From sequence record BK067790.1: DNA of 34,343 nucleotides; one strand, given 5' to 3'. Numbering within the stretch: the first letter of the stretch is position 1; every line of letters begins with the position of its first letter. The position numbers were made by a program, and so were the translations under genes. The notes below the pieces were generated by a model. That model was not told the origin of the DNA and did no database searches. It worked only from the letters and a program-made list of their open reading frames with translations. Below, one piece after another: positions 18,580 through 25,798 of the stretch.

Positions 18580-18645
18580 TTAACTTAGCTGACAAGGTGG
18601 TTGGCTACCGATTAGTTAATTAGATGGGGGGAATAACCCCCCCTA
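18580..18645 (+). other. intergenic pair of stem-loops
   Basis: TTAACT...AGTTAA enclosing GGTGG-TTGG-CTACC; then G6-AATAA-C7 hairpin (18626-18643). Confidence 0.4.
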
Positions 18646-18747
18646 TTGACTGGACTTTGTAACAAGTGTTATACTTCTAACGTGGAATTGTTTGATGTTG
18701 ATGAGGGACTATACCAGTGTGAGATATGCATAATAGGCAACGAATGA
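18646..18747 (+). CDS. Zn-ribbon micro-protein (33 aa)
   Basis: TTG start; MTGLCNKCYTSNVELFDVDEGLYQCEICIIGNE*; ATGA-coupled to the nuclease. Confidence 0.6.
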   Translation: MTGLCNKCYTSNVELFDVDEGLYQCEICIIGNE

Positions 18748-19067
18748 GAATCAGTAACGGTCATGCAACAAAGTATTTACTTAAACATGGATATAATCAC
18801 ATTTGGCTTAAAGCCCACACAAAGTTTAAAGACAAAGTACAATGTCAAGATACTAGATACTATGCTCTTGACTTATGGAATTTATATGATGGCTTGTGCT
18901 TTGATACCAAAGGCATACTATGGGCTATCCAAATTAAGACAAACGCATGGGCGAAAGCCAGTGACATTATAGAGTTTCAAAAAGACCACAAGATAAAGTG
19001 TATCGTTTTGAACGTAAAGAAAGAAAAGTCAAGATGGTATGTACACGAAAGAAAGTATGCATACTAA
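18744..19067 (+). CDS. PD-(D/E)xK nuclease, Holliday-junction-resolvase (Hjc)-like
   Basis: YLLKHGY...DLWNLYDGLCF...LWAIQIKTN matches the D-x-(F/W)...D...Q-x-K catalytic layout; ATG 18744 via ATGA overlap. Confidence 0.7.
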   Translation: MRISNGHATKYLLKHGYNHIWLKAHTKFKDKVQCQDTRYYALDLWNLYDGLCFDTKGILWAIQIKTNAWAKASDIIEFQKDHKIKCIVLNVKKEKSRWYVHERKYAY

Positions 19068-19234
19068 CCATACCAAAAAACATATATTATTATATATTAT
19101 TATTATAATCCTAGAGGCTAGAACCGTATTATAAGGGACACTCAGTCGGGTCTTATCCCCTCAGTCTAAAAGTACGGCAAGGTATATTGTACCTCATTGA
19201 TTGCCTCACAAACATTTTAATATAGAAAATTATA

Positions 19235-20071
19235 ATGATAGTAATTATGAATGAACGTGATGAAAAAAGAGTAGAAAAGGTATGGGGTAGCATGGTCAGA
19301 TTGGAAACTGCAAAGTACCATGTCGATAATACCGAACCGTCATACCACATACTCTCATTTGGTGGTGGTCGTCAAACAGTGGCACTGTTGTTAAGTATGA
19401 AAAAACTTCTTAGCAATAACAAAAAAGCATGGGTTGTTTTTGCCGATACTGGGGGTGAACACCAAGAAACTTATGATTATATCAACGAGTATATCATACC
19501 GTTTTGTAATATTAATAAAATTCAGTTTGTCAGGGTTCATAACAAATATGGAAAAACCTTGTATGATTACTGCTGGGATAAAAAAATAGTTCCGTCAATA
19601 AAATTTAGGGATTGTACTTCCAAGTTCAAGATAGCACCAATTAGAAAATTCATAAGAGAAGAATTGAATGTTACAAGAAAACACCCATGCTATGTTCATA
19701 TTGGAATATCTTATGACGAGGCAACTAGAATGAACGCCTCTAATGTTTTGTATGCCAAGTCAGTATATCCGTTTGTTGACGGATATAGGGACATTGAGGG
19801 CAAAAAGACAGTTGAGGACTGTGCAAGAATTGTATCTGATGAGGGATTTCCACCAGTTCCTAAATCGGGTTGCTGGTTCTGTCCATTTGCTCAGACATTG
19901 GACTTGTTAGACCCACGTTACAAAGAAAAGACACAGGCATTGGAAGAAAATAATAGCAGATACCCAGAAATTAAACTGAGAGGTATGGGTAAAAACACCA
20001 AATCAGTCAATGAGTTGACAATAAATGACGTAGGAAAAGATTCTTGTAAGTCTGGGTACTGTATGGTATGA
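19235..20071 (+). CDS. PAPS-reductase/DndC-like PP-loop family protein
   Basis: ILSFGGGRQT (PP-loop), FADTGGEH.ETY, CTSKFKIAP, IGIS.DE..R, KSGCWFCPF; start uncertain. Confidence 0.85.
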   Translation: MIVIMNERDEKRVEKVWGSMVRLETAKYHVDNTEPSYHILSFGGGRQTVALLLSMKKLLSNNKKAWVVFADTGGEHQETYDYINEYIIPFCNINKIQFVRVHNKYGKTLYDYCWDKKIVPSIKFRDCTSKFKIAPIRKFIREELNVTRKHPCYVHIGISYDEATRMNASNVLYAKSVYPFVDGYRDIEGKKTVEDCARIVSDEGFPPVPKSGCWFCPFAQTLDLLDPRYKEKTQALEENNSRYPEIKLRGMGKNTKSVNELTINDVGKDSCKSGYCMV

Positions 20072-20163
20072 AGTGTAACTGCCTACCCTGCCAAAACGGC
20101 ACACATCAAGACAGACAATGTATCTATCGTTGCAACTGTACCCATGAGGCACATGAGAAATGA
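20068..20163 (+). CDS. Cys/His-rich micro-protein (31 aa)
   Basis: ATGA coupling at both ends; MKCNCLPCQNGTHQDRQCIYRCNCTHEAHEK*. Confidence 0.6.
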   Translation: MKCNCLPCQNGTHQDRQCIYRCNCTHEAHEK

Positions 20164-20261
20164 GTTGGTTTAACCTATCTGTAAACGCCAAGACCTGTAA
20201 AAGATGTAAGCAAAGAATTATGAATTATCCATGCATTGAATGTGGATTTAGGCATGATTAG
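20160..20261 (+). CDS. Zn-ribbon micro-protein (33 aa)
   Basis: MSWFNLSVNAKTCKRCKQRIMNYPCIECGFRHD*. Confidence 0.65.
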   Translation: MSWFNLSVNAKTCKRCKQRIMNYPCIECGFRHD

Positions 20262-20297
20262 TCACAAAAAATAGAATCTATTTTCAGATAATATCAA

Positions 20298-20324
20298 ACC
20301 CCTAGAGGGCTTCATTCTAGGGGT
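20298..20324. terminator. hairpin after the operon end
   Basis: ACCCCTAGA (20298-20306) / TCTAGGGGT (20316-20324), 9-bp perfect stem. Confidence 0.5.
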
Positions 20325-20466
20325 ACAAGGAATATTAACGCAATCTTAATACTCGAATTTAATTATTATATAACAAATTTAAACCTTGAAAGGTTTGGTT
20401 CGTGACGAATTTAATCTAATCAGCGAACTTGAATTGAATTTCAGTATATTGTATTTAAAATTAAAG

Positions 20467-20616
20467 TAAACTTACTTAGGTGTCCCATGATAATTACGGG
20501 ACACTTTTTCTCTATTAACTTTCTTAGAACTGATTTCCAACAAAGTTAATGATGAAATTGTGTCCCGTAAACTCATTATACTTTAAATAAAACACTGACT
20601 TACTTAGGTAAGTTTA
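20467..20616. repeat. nested inverted and direct repeats (origin- or operator-like)
   Basis: TAAACTTAC/GTAAGTTTA outer IR; TTACGGGACAC (20494-20504)/GTGTCCCGTAA (20560-20570); GTGTCCC at 20480; ACTTACTTAGGT direct repeat at 20470 and 20598. Confidence 0.8.
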
Positions 20617-20642
20617 TTAAATCAATAAAATATAGATAAATA

Positions 20643-20837
20643 TTGAAAGTAGTTAAGAATTATTCACTAAATGTTGAAGTGGTAAAGGCATTTGACGAAG
20701 AAGTTTCAGACCAAACAAGGTCAAGACTTATTGAAGCACTTATGATAAAATTCTTGGTTGAATATACTAGGGGTAATGAGGAAACCCCTAGTATTGACGA
20801 TTCCAGTCTTACCACAGAAAAGGAAGCGATACAATGA
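20643..20837 (+). CDS. ribbon-helix-helix regulator
   Basis: VVKNYSLNVEVVKAFDEEV...RSRLIEALMIKFL: RHH strand-helix-helix pattern; ATGA-coupled to the helicase. Confidence 0.75.
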   Translation: MKVVKNYSLNVEVVKAFDEEVSDQTRSRLIEALMIKFLVEYTRGNEETPSIDDSSLTTEKEAIQ

Positions 20838-22498
20838 CTTTAATCCCAGATGATAAAACTATTACGAATTGTGATTTTTGTCTTAAAGATGATTATGAAA
20901 ACTGTACCAAAGGGGGTCTGTGTCCAGCAAATCCTAACAAGCCACAGTTAAAGAAACTGATTTTATGTGACCATTGTAAAAATGGGGGTGACTGGAAGGC
21001 ACATGAGGAATGTGAGAAAAACTATATCGCCAATGGATTAAAGACATTTTGTCAATGCCCTAGTCTATCTCATGGAAGAAATGCCACGACTTCTATGGAA
21101 CCAGTTTCTTTTATGGACAAGATAAAGTTTGATTCTCAGACTTTGGAAACCGTAAAACATGAGCATAAGGACAGAATTGATATTATTGCAACAAGACTTA
21201 TTGACAAATATAATTTTGTAACTGCTAGAGAAACAGACACTATCTACTACTTTAATGGTAAGATATATGATTCCAAAAACTGTGAGTCAGTAATCAAACA
21301 GGAAACCGAAATACAGATTGTTGAATGTACCAAGTCAGACAAGGCTGAAGTCATTGACAAGATAAAGTCAAGAACCTATGAAAGCCTAGACCATTTTGAC
21401 AAGGACATTGAAAGCCTAGTAGTGCAAAACGGTGTATTGAGTTTACAGACAATGGAATTAAGCCCACATACCCCCCTTAATTTGGCAAAAGTTTTGTTGC
21501 CTTTGAATTACGTCAAGCCTGAGTTTGAAATTGATATAGACGATTTGTTTAATTCCTTAAAGTCAAATCTCAAAGATACTTTGTTTTGGAAATTTTTGGA
21601 AACTTCTTTTACGCATGAGTACAAAGCTGATGAGGAATCAATGCTTTCAGTTTTGGAAATGATGGCTTCGACAATTATTAGAAAACAAATTGACGAAAGA
21701 AGTTTTATTATGCTAGGCAACGGTGCTAACGGAAAGTCAGTATGTCTTGACTATCTTTCTGCCATACTTGGCAGGGACAATGTTTCTCATATTCCGTTAC
21801 AGGTTTTGGCTGAAGATAAATTTGCCAGTGCAAGACTTGACGGAAAACACGCAAATATATTTTCTGACTTGGAAAGAAATGAGCTGTACCATACTGGTAT
21901 CATCAAGGACTTGTCTTCAGGCGAACCAGTTCATGCACAACAAAAAAACAAGAACGGTTTTGACCTGTACCCTTTTGCCACTTTGGTATTTTCATGTAAC
22001 AAGTTTCCCAGAGTCTTTGACCAGTCACAGGGATTTTTCAGACGTTGGATTTTGGTAAAGTGGGAAAGAAATTTTGAGAAAGACCCACAGAAAAATGACA
22101 ACTTGAAAAAGGAACTGCTGGAAAAGACAGAAGAAATGGACTTGGTTTTCTCATGTCTTTGTCATGTTGCAAAGAAACTTTATGACTCAAACAGATTTAC
22201 AAATCCTAAAGACTGGAAGACAGTTCAGAAATTATGGAATGAAAATTCTGACCCTTTGAACTGGTTTGTCGAGAACCATATCATTGATTCAAACGGAAGC
22301 CGTTCAAAGCGTGACACATATCAGTTTTACAAAAAAATAATGTTTGAAAAGGGCGAAGTCCCTTTGGGTATGGGTAAATTTAGCAAGGCATTTTCAGAAT
22401 ACTATGAGGATTCAAAGTCAGATCACGAAAGAATTTGGCTTAACATTGAGTTTAGGGAACCACAACAAACAACGTTAGAGGAAAGTGACAAAACATGA
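20834..22498 (+). CDS. D5-like superfamily 3 replicative helicase with N-terminal Cys/His clusters
   Basis: Walker A GNGANGKS, Walker B ANIFSD, motif B IKDLSSGEPV..QQKNK..F, motif C FSCN, GFFRRW; D5_N-like region; C-terminal wHTH-like FSKAF. Confidence 0.9.
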   Translation: MTLIPDDKTITNCDFCLKDDYENCTKGGLCPANPNKPQLKKLILCDHCKNGGDWKAHEECEKNYIANGLKTFCQCPSLSHGRNATTSMEPVSFMDKIKFDSQTLETVKHEHKDRIDIIATRLIDKYNFVTARETDTIYYFNGKIYDSKNCESVIKQETEIQIVECTKSDKAEVIDKIKSRTYESLDHFDKDIESLVVQNGVLSLQTMELSPHTPLNLAKVLLPLNYVKPEFEIDIDDLFNSLKSNLKDTLFWKFLETSFTHEYKADEESMLSVLEMMASTIIRKQIDERSFIMLGNGANGKSVCLDYLSAILGRDNVSHIPLQVLAEDKFASARLDGKHANIFSDLERNELYHTGIIKDLSSGEPVHAQQKNKNGFDLYPFATLVFSCNKFPRVFDQSQGFFRRWILVKWERNFEKDPQKNDNLKKELLEKTEEMDLVFSCLCHVAKKLYDSNRFTNPKDWKTVQKLWNENSDPLNWFVENHIIDSNGSRSKRDTYQFYKKIMFEKGEVPLGMGKFSKAFSEYYEDSKSDHERIWLNIEFREPQQTTLEESDKT

Positions 22499-22611
22499 GG
22501 TGCAAGTTATGTGGCAAGGTTGTAAAGGTTGTAAACGAATATCATTGTTGGGTTGCGTCACAGCATTGTGGTGCGTGTCACTACTTTGGGGGTAAAAAAA
22601 GTGTCAGGTAG
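22495..22611 (+). CDS. Zn-binding micro-protein (38 aa)
   Basis: ATGA coupling; MRCKLCGKVVKVVNEYHCWVASQHCGACHYFGGKKSVR*. Confidence 0.65.
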   Translation: MRCKLCGKVVKVVNEYHCWVASQHCGACHYFGGKKSVR

Positions 22612-22621
22612 AAATTATGAA

Positions 22622-22774
22622 ATGTATTCGTATTGCAACGGCTGTTCAGAACGAACCATGAAAAAATATCCTAAAGATATGTTGAGGTGTCCAGACTGTA
22701 ATCAGAAACTAAGACATAAACCGAAATCAACTTCAGCAAAAAGACGGGCAAACATGAACTTACCTCGTATTTAA
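22622..22774 (+). CDS. Zn-ribbon protein with basic tail
   Basis: MYSYCNGC...RCPDCNQKLRHKPKS; ATG 22622 preferred over the track start 22553. Confidence 0.7.
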   Translation: MYSYCNGCSERTMKKYPKDMLRCPDCNQKLRHKPKSTSAKRRANMNLPRI

Positions 22775-22780
22775 ATATGG

Positions 22781-22800
22781 GTATAGTTAGGTATAGTTAG
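22781..22800 (+). repeat. 10-bp tandem repeat between TATA and start codon
   Basis: GTATAGTTAG x2, between TTTAAATA (~22771) and ATG 22804. Confidence 0.7.
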
Positions 22801-22803
22801 GGC

Positions 22804-22986
22804 ATGGCTAGACCACGAATAGATTACAATACTCAGTCAATCTGTATGGAATGTAACCAACTTTATCCAAAGGAATTAAAATTGACAATGTGTCCTAATC
22901 CAAACTGTTTCAACTCTCATTTGAGATTCCAGTCAAGAAGTAAGACGGCTAGACATAGACGAGAGGTTGCAAGGTATGAGGTTTAA
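22804..22986 (+). CDS. Zn-ribbon protein with basic tail
   Basis: CMEC...CPNPNC...LRFQSRS; similar to 22622..22774. Confidence 0.7.
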   Translation: MARPRIDYNTQSICMECNQLYPKELKLTMCPNPNCFNSHLRFQSRSKTARHRREVARYEV

Positions 22987-23092
22987 TTGGAAGAAATGCA
23001 AATTATGTGGGGAAATGTTTGATGAAGATGAAAGATATAAACACCAAAGTCAGAAACACTTTTGGTATTTGGGTGATATAACAGATGATTGA
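22976..23092 (+). CDS. C2H2 Zn-finger micro-protein (38 aa)
   Basis: GAGGT SD; MRFNWKKCKLCGEMFDEDERYKHQSQKHFWYLGDITDD*. Confidence 0.65.
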   Translation: MRFNWKKCKLCGEMFDEDERYKHQSQKHFWYLGDITDD

Positions 23093-24104
23093 AATAATAA
23101 TGCTGTTAATGCTTGGCGGTGAAATGGATCTGTCAACTGAACTGGCTGTCAATGTTAAAGAACAAACTGGCAAAGTAGATGAATTACAATTAGAGTATGA
23201 CTCATTACAAGATGGGTTGCTTAAAGTTAAAACTGATATGAATGGTATCTATGCTGATTATATCAAATGGGAAATCAAGTCCAATGTTAATGACGAAAGC
23301 AAAGCCATGAAGGACTATTACCACGATAAAGCACTTGAAGTAAAAAATGAATGGCGTGTGCTAAACAGTGAGATGAAAAAACTTGAAAAGGAATCTGATG
23401 AAGTCATGTTTGACTTGGAAACTGCCAAAGTGTTGCTTGAAAAAATGGAAAAGGATTTGGAAAATCTGTTAAAGGCTAACGAACCCATAGAATCAAGATA
23501 CAAAAATATCAGCATATCACTTTCAAAGAACTGTCAAACCATGATCAACTACGGGTTATACACCAACTGCCCTACCTATGCCGAACTGTTTGAACTGTAT
23601 GACAATACAAACCCTACCGTGTCAGGCACAATGGTTGACACAAAGTATGACATTGAACGTGTTGACACAATGAAAAAGCACTGGAAATTCTATGAACAAT
23701 ATGATAATTTTGAACTTGTAATGGTTCAGCCTGACTCAGACTTTCAGCACAAAAGTGTAAACGTAGAGATACAGGCTGGAAACTTTACGACACTTGCACT
23801 TGTCGGCAACGACAATTCCAGAAACTTTAAGAACGGAAGTTATACCACATGGGAAAACTTTAAGATAAATGATAGTTGTACCAAAATTATTGTCGCACCT
23901 GACATGGAACTGATTGACCAAGCCGTTGAGTTTGCAAAGAATAACTGTGACGGTGACATTGATATTTTAGAAAACACTGTAATCAAACAGGAACCTACAC
24001 CTCATAACGATAGGAACTGGCGTGACTCACCAGCCTTAGTTTATCAGGACTGGTTAAGGAACGCCATTGAAAATAACAAGGGATTGATGTTAGGTCGTGG
24101 TTAA
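23085..24104 (+). CDS. secreted/anchored coiled-coil protein with Cys-containing C-terminal domain
   Basis: Short hydrophobic N-terminus, heptad-rich region, globular C-terminal domain. Confidence 0.8.
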   Translation: MIEIIMLLMLGGEMDLSTELAVNVKEQTGKVDELQLEYDSLQDGLLKVKTDMNGIYADYIKWEIKSNVNDESKAMKDYYHDKALEVKNEWRVLNSEMKKLEKESDEVMFDLETAKVLLEKMEKDLENLLKANEPIESRYKNISISLSKNCQTMINYGLYTNCPTYAELFELYDNTNPTVSGTMVDTKYDIERVDTMKKHWKFYEQYDNFELVMVQPDSDFQHKSVNVEIQAGNFTTLALVGNDNSRNFKNGSYTTWENFKINDSCTKIIVAPDMELIDQAVEFAKNNCDGDIDILENTVIKQEPTPHNDRNWRDSPALVYQDWLRNAIENNKGLMLGRG

Positions 24105-24435
24105 GAAAAAGTATAACGGAAGATATGATAATCTTCCCACATGGAAAAGATTTTTACATAAAAATACTGGATTCATTGTGATGAGTGCAGTTGGAATTTT
24201 AATTCTTACGGCTTGGACAATTAACGAACAAGAGTCTGAATTTTTTCATTCATGGAACTGTGGCAAATTGTTATACTATATGATGAGTGTAGAGGATTAT
24301 GGCTATCCTACTCATAATGATTTGACCGAAGAACAGCATTTGAAACTTCACAAGTTATACGCTGACGATTGCAGTAATGACAAATTCCAAGCACCTGACA
24401 CACTTGAGGTTGATCATGGATTTCAAGAACCTTAA
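24097..24435 (+). CDS. single-TM membrane protein
   Basis: GFIVMSAVGILILTAW segment; Cys pair in the C-terminal part. Confidence 0.75.
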   Translation: MVKKKYNGRYDNLPTWKRFLHKNTGFIVMSAVGILILTAWTINEQESEFFHSWNCGKLLYYMMSVEDYGYPTHNDLTEEQHLKLHKLYADDCSNDKFQAPDTLEVDHGFQEP

Positions 24436-24460
24436 ATACAAGTAATGTTATTTTTTCTAC

Positions 24461-24610
24461 ATGGGAAGATGGGAAGATGATATTAAACCAGCACAGGATT
24501 TAGTTCAGATTAAACGTAACAAATTAAAAAAACTACTGGTCTTATACGGTATCGCTGGTGCTTGTACAGGTATAGCATTTGGAATGTATTTTTCAGGGGG
24601 TATATGCTAA
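24461..24610 (+). CDS. small single-TM protein (49 aa)
   Basis: CTTAAATA about 23 nt upstream; MGRWEDD...KLLVLYGIAGACTGIAFGMYFSGGIC*; TAATG coupling. Confidence 0.65.
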   Translation: MGRWEDDIKPAQDLVQIKRNKLKKLLVLYGIAGACTGIAFGMYFSGGIC

Positions 24611-24729
24611 TGCCTATCGGTGGCTATGGGTACGGTGTAACAAGTGATTACACAGTAAAGTCTGGGAAACGTTGCCCTGCTTGTGGCAAAACAAAATGTA
24701 AACATGGAAAAAAAGCTAGAGTTTTCTAA
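24610..24729 (+). CDS. Zn-binding basic micro-protein (39 aa)
   Basis: MPIGGYGYGVTSDYTVKSGKRCPACGKTKCKHGKKARVF*; TAATG-coupled on both sides. Confidence 0.65.
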   Translation: MPIGGYGYGVTSDYTVKSGKRCPACGKTKCKHGKKARVF

Positions 24730-25307
24730 TGCAAGATAAAGTAAATTATATTTCCCCCGAAACTTTTGAGAGAATTGTTGAGTATGTTCCGATACTTGGT
24801 ATTCGCAAGTGGAAAGATGAGGACATTAAAATGCTCTATAAGACAATGTATTACTGTGCATTACGGGCTAACGAGGCGATTCATTTAAAGAAAGAAAGTT
24901 TCAACTTGGAAGATCGTGAAATTTATCTAGGCAAAACCAAAACAAAGAAACAAGATACTGCACATATTCCTCATATTTTTGTAGATGAACTAAAGACTTG
25001 GCTTATCTTCAAGGAAAAAGGCAGACTGTTTGAAGGGCTGACATATCCAAGACTGTATGTATGGTGCAAAAGAATAGGGTCTGACTTGGATATTTCAGCA
25101 TGGCAAAGTCTTGAAGCCGAAGTTGGTGAAAAGGTTGTGACTCACTTGTTTAGAAAGTCAATCGGCAAGGAAATGTTAAACGGAACTCATGGTGAAAAAG
25201 CCAGTTCGATTCCTGTAATATCAAAACACCTCAGACATTCAAAACCTTCCATGACAGTTGACCATTATCTAAAAGCCAGTCTTGAATCAGTCAAAGAGGC
25301 GTGGTAG
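24729..25307 (+). CDS. tyrosine recombinase (catalytic domain only, 192 aa)
   Basis: YYCALRANEA (R), KTKTK (K), HLFRKS (HxxR), LRHS (H), TVDHY (Y). Confidence 0.92.
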   Translation: MQDKVNYISPETFERIVEYVPILGIRKWKDEDIKMLYKTMYYCALRANEAIHLKKESFNLEDREIYLGKTKTKKQDTAHIPHIFVDELKTWLIFKEKGRLFEGLTYPRLYVWCKRIGSDLDISAWQSLEAEVGEKVVTHLFRKSIGKEMLNGTHGEKASSIPVISKHLRHSKPSMTVDHYLKASLESVKEAW

Positions 25308-25326
25308 TATTTTTATACTACAATGT
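25299..25326. other. candidate recombinase target site (11-6-11, dif/att-like)
   Basis: GCGTGGTAGTA-TTTTTA-TACTACAATGT, imperfect inverted arms with a perfect GTAGTA/TACTAC core; overlaps the recombinase stop codon. Confidence 0.35.
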
Positions 25327-25340
25327 TTTGTACATAATTA

Positions 25341-25430
25341 ATGCCGTTTAAAAAAGGAAACAAACCTCACAACAAAGGGCACGTTAAAGTTGGGTCACAT
25401 TTTAAAGCAAAACCAAAACGTAAGAAATGA
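25341..25430 (+). CDS. basic micro-protein (29 aa)
   Basis: TTTTATAC about 23 nt upstream; MPFKKGNKPHNKGHVKVGSHFKAKPKRKK*; F.KG..P.NKG is NUMOD-like. Confidence 0.55.
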   Translation: MPFKKGNKPHNKGHVKVGSHFKAKPKRKK

Positions 25431-25513
25431 CGAGTGTAAAAGGTTCTTGCAGAACAAAATATAGTCGAAGTATTCCAAAGACTTACAAAAAAAAGTCAAA
25501 GAAAAAGAAATAG
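25427..25513 (+). CDS. basic micro-protein (28 aa)
   Basis: ATGA coupling; MTSVKGSCRTKYSRSIPKTYKKKSKKKK*; stop abuts the stop of the convergent gene. Confidence 0.5.
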   Translation: MTSVKGSCRTKYSRSIPKTYKKKSKKKK

Positions 25514-25798
25514 TTATTTTTTAAACTGACTCATAAAAGCGTCAATCAATATTACACAGCCGTTTACGGATTCACTTTCGTGTATTAGAAATGACTTGTT
25601 TTCTACAAACTTCAAATCAAATTCTATGTCCTTAGTAACCATAACTATGTCGTCCCTTGTTACAAGCCAGTCTTCCAAGTCATAGTCAGACACGCCCTGT
25701 GGTGTAAAGACCAGTTTGTAACCCAACTTTTGTAATTTTCGTACAAGCTTGGCATTTCTCATATTTTCATCAAGAAATATCTTTTTCATACCAGCCAT
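25514..25798 (-). CDS. PIN-like (Mut7-C/DUF5615-type) domain protein
   Basis: IFLDEN...L.KLGY...GVSD.DL...IVMVTKDIEF pattern; start likely MAGMKKIF (25798) or 25789. Confidence 0.7.
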   Translation of the reverse strand: MAGMKKIFLDENMRNAKLVRKLQKLGYKLVFTPQGVSDYDLEDWLVTRDDIVMVTKDIEFDLKFVENKSFLIHESESVNGCVILIDAFMSQFKK

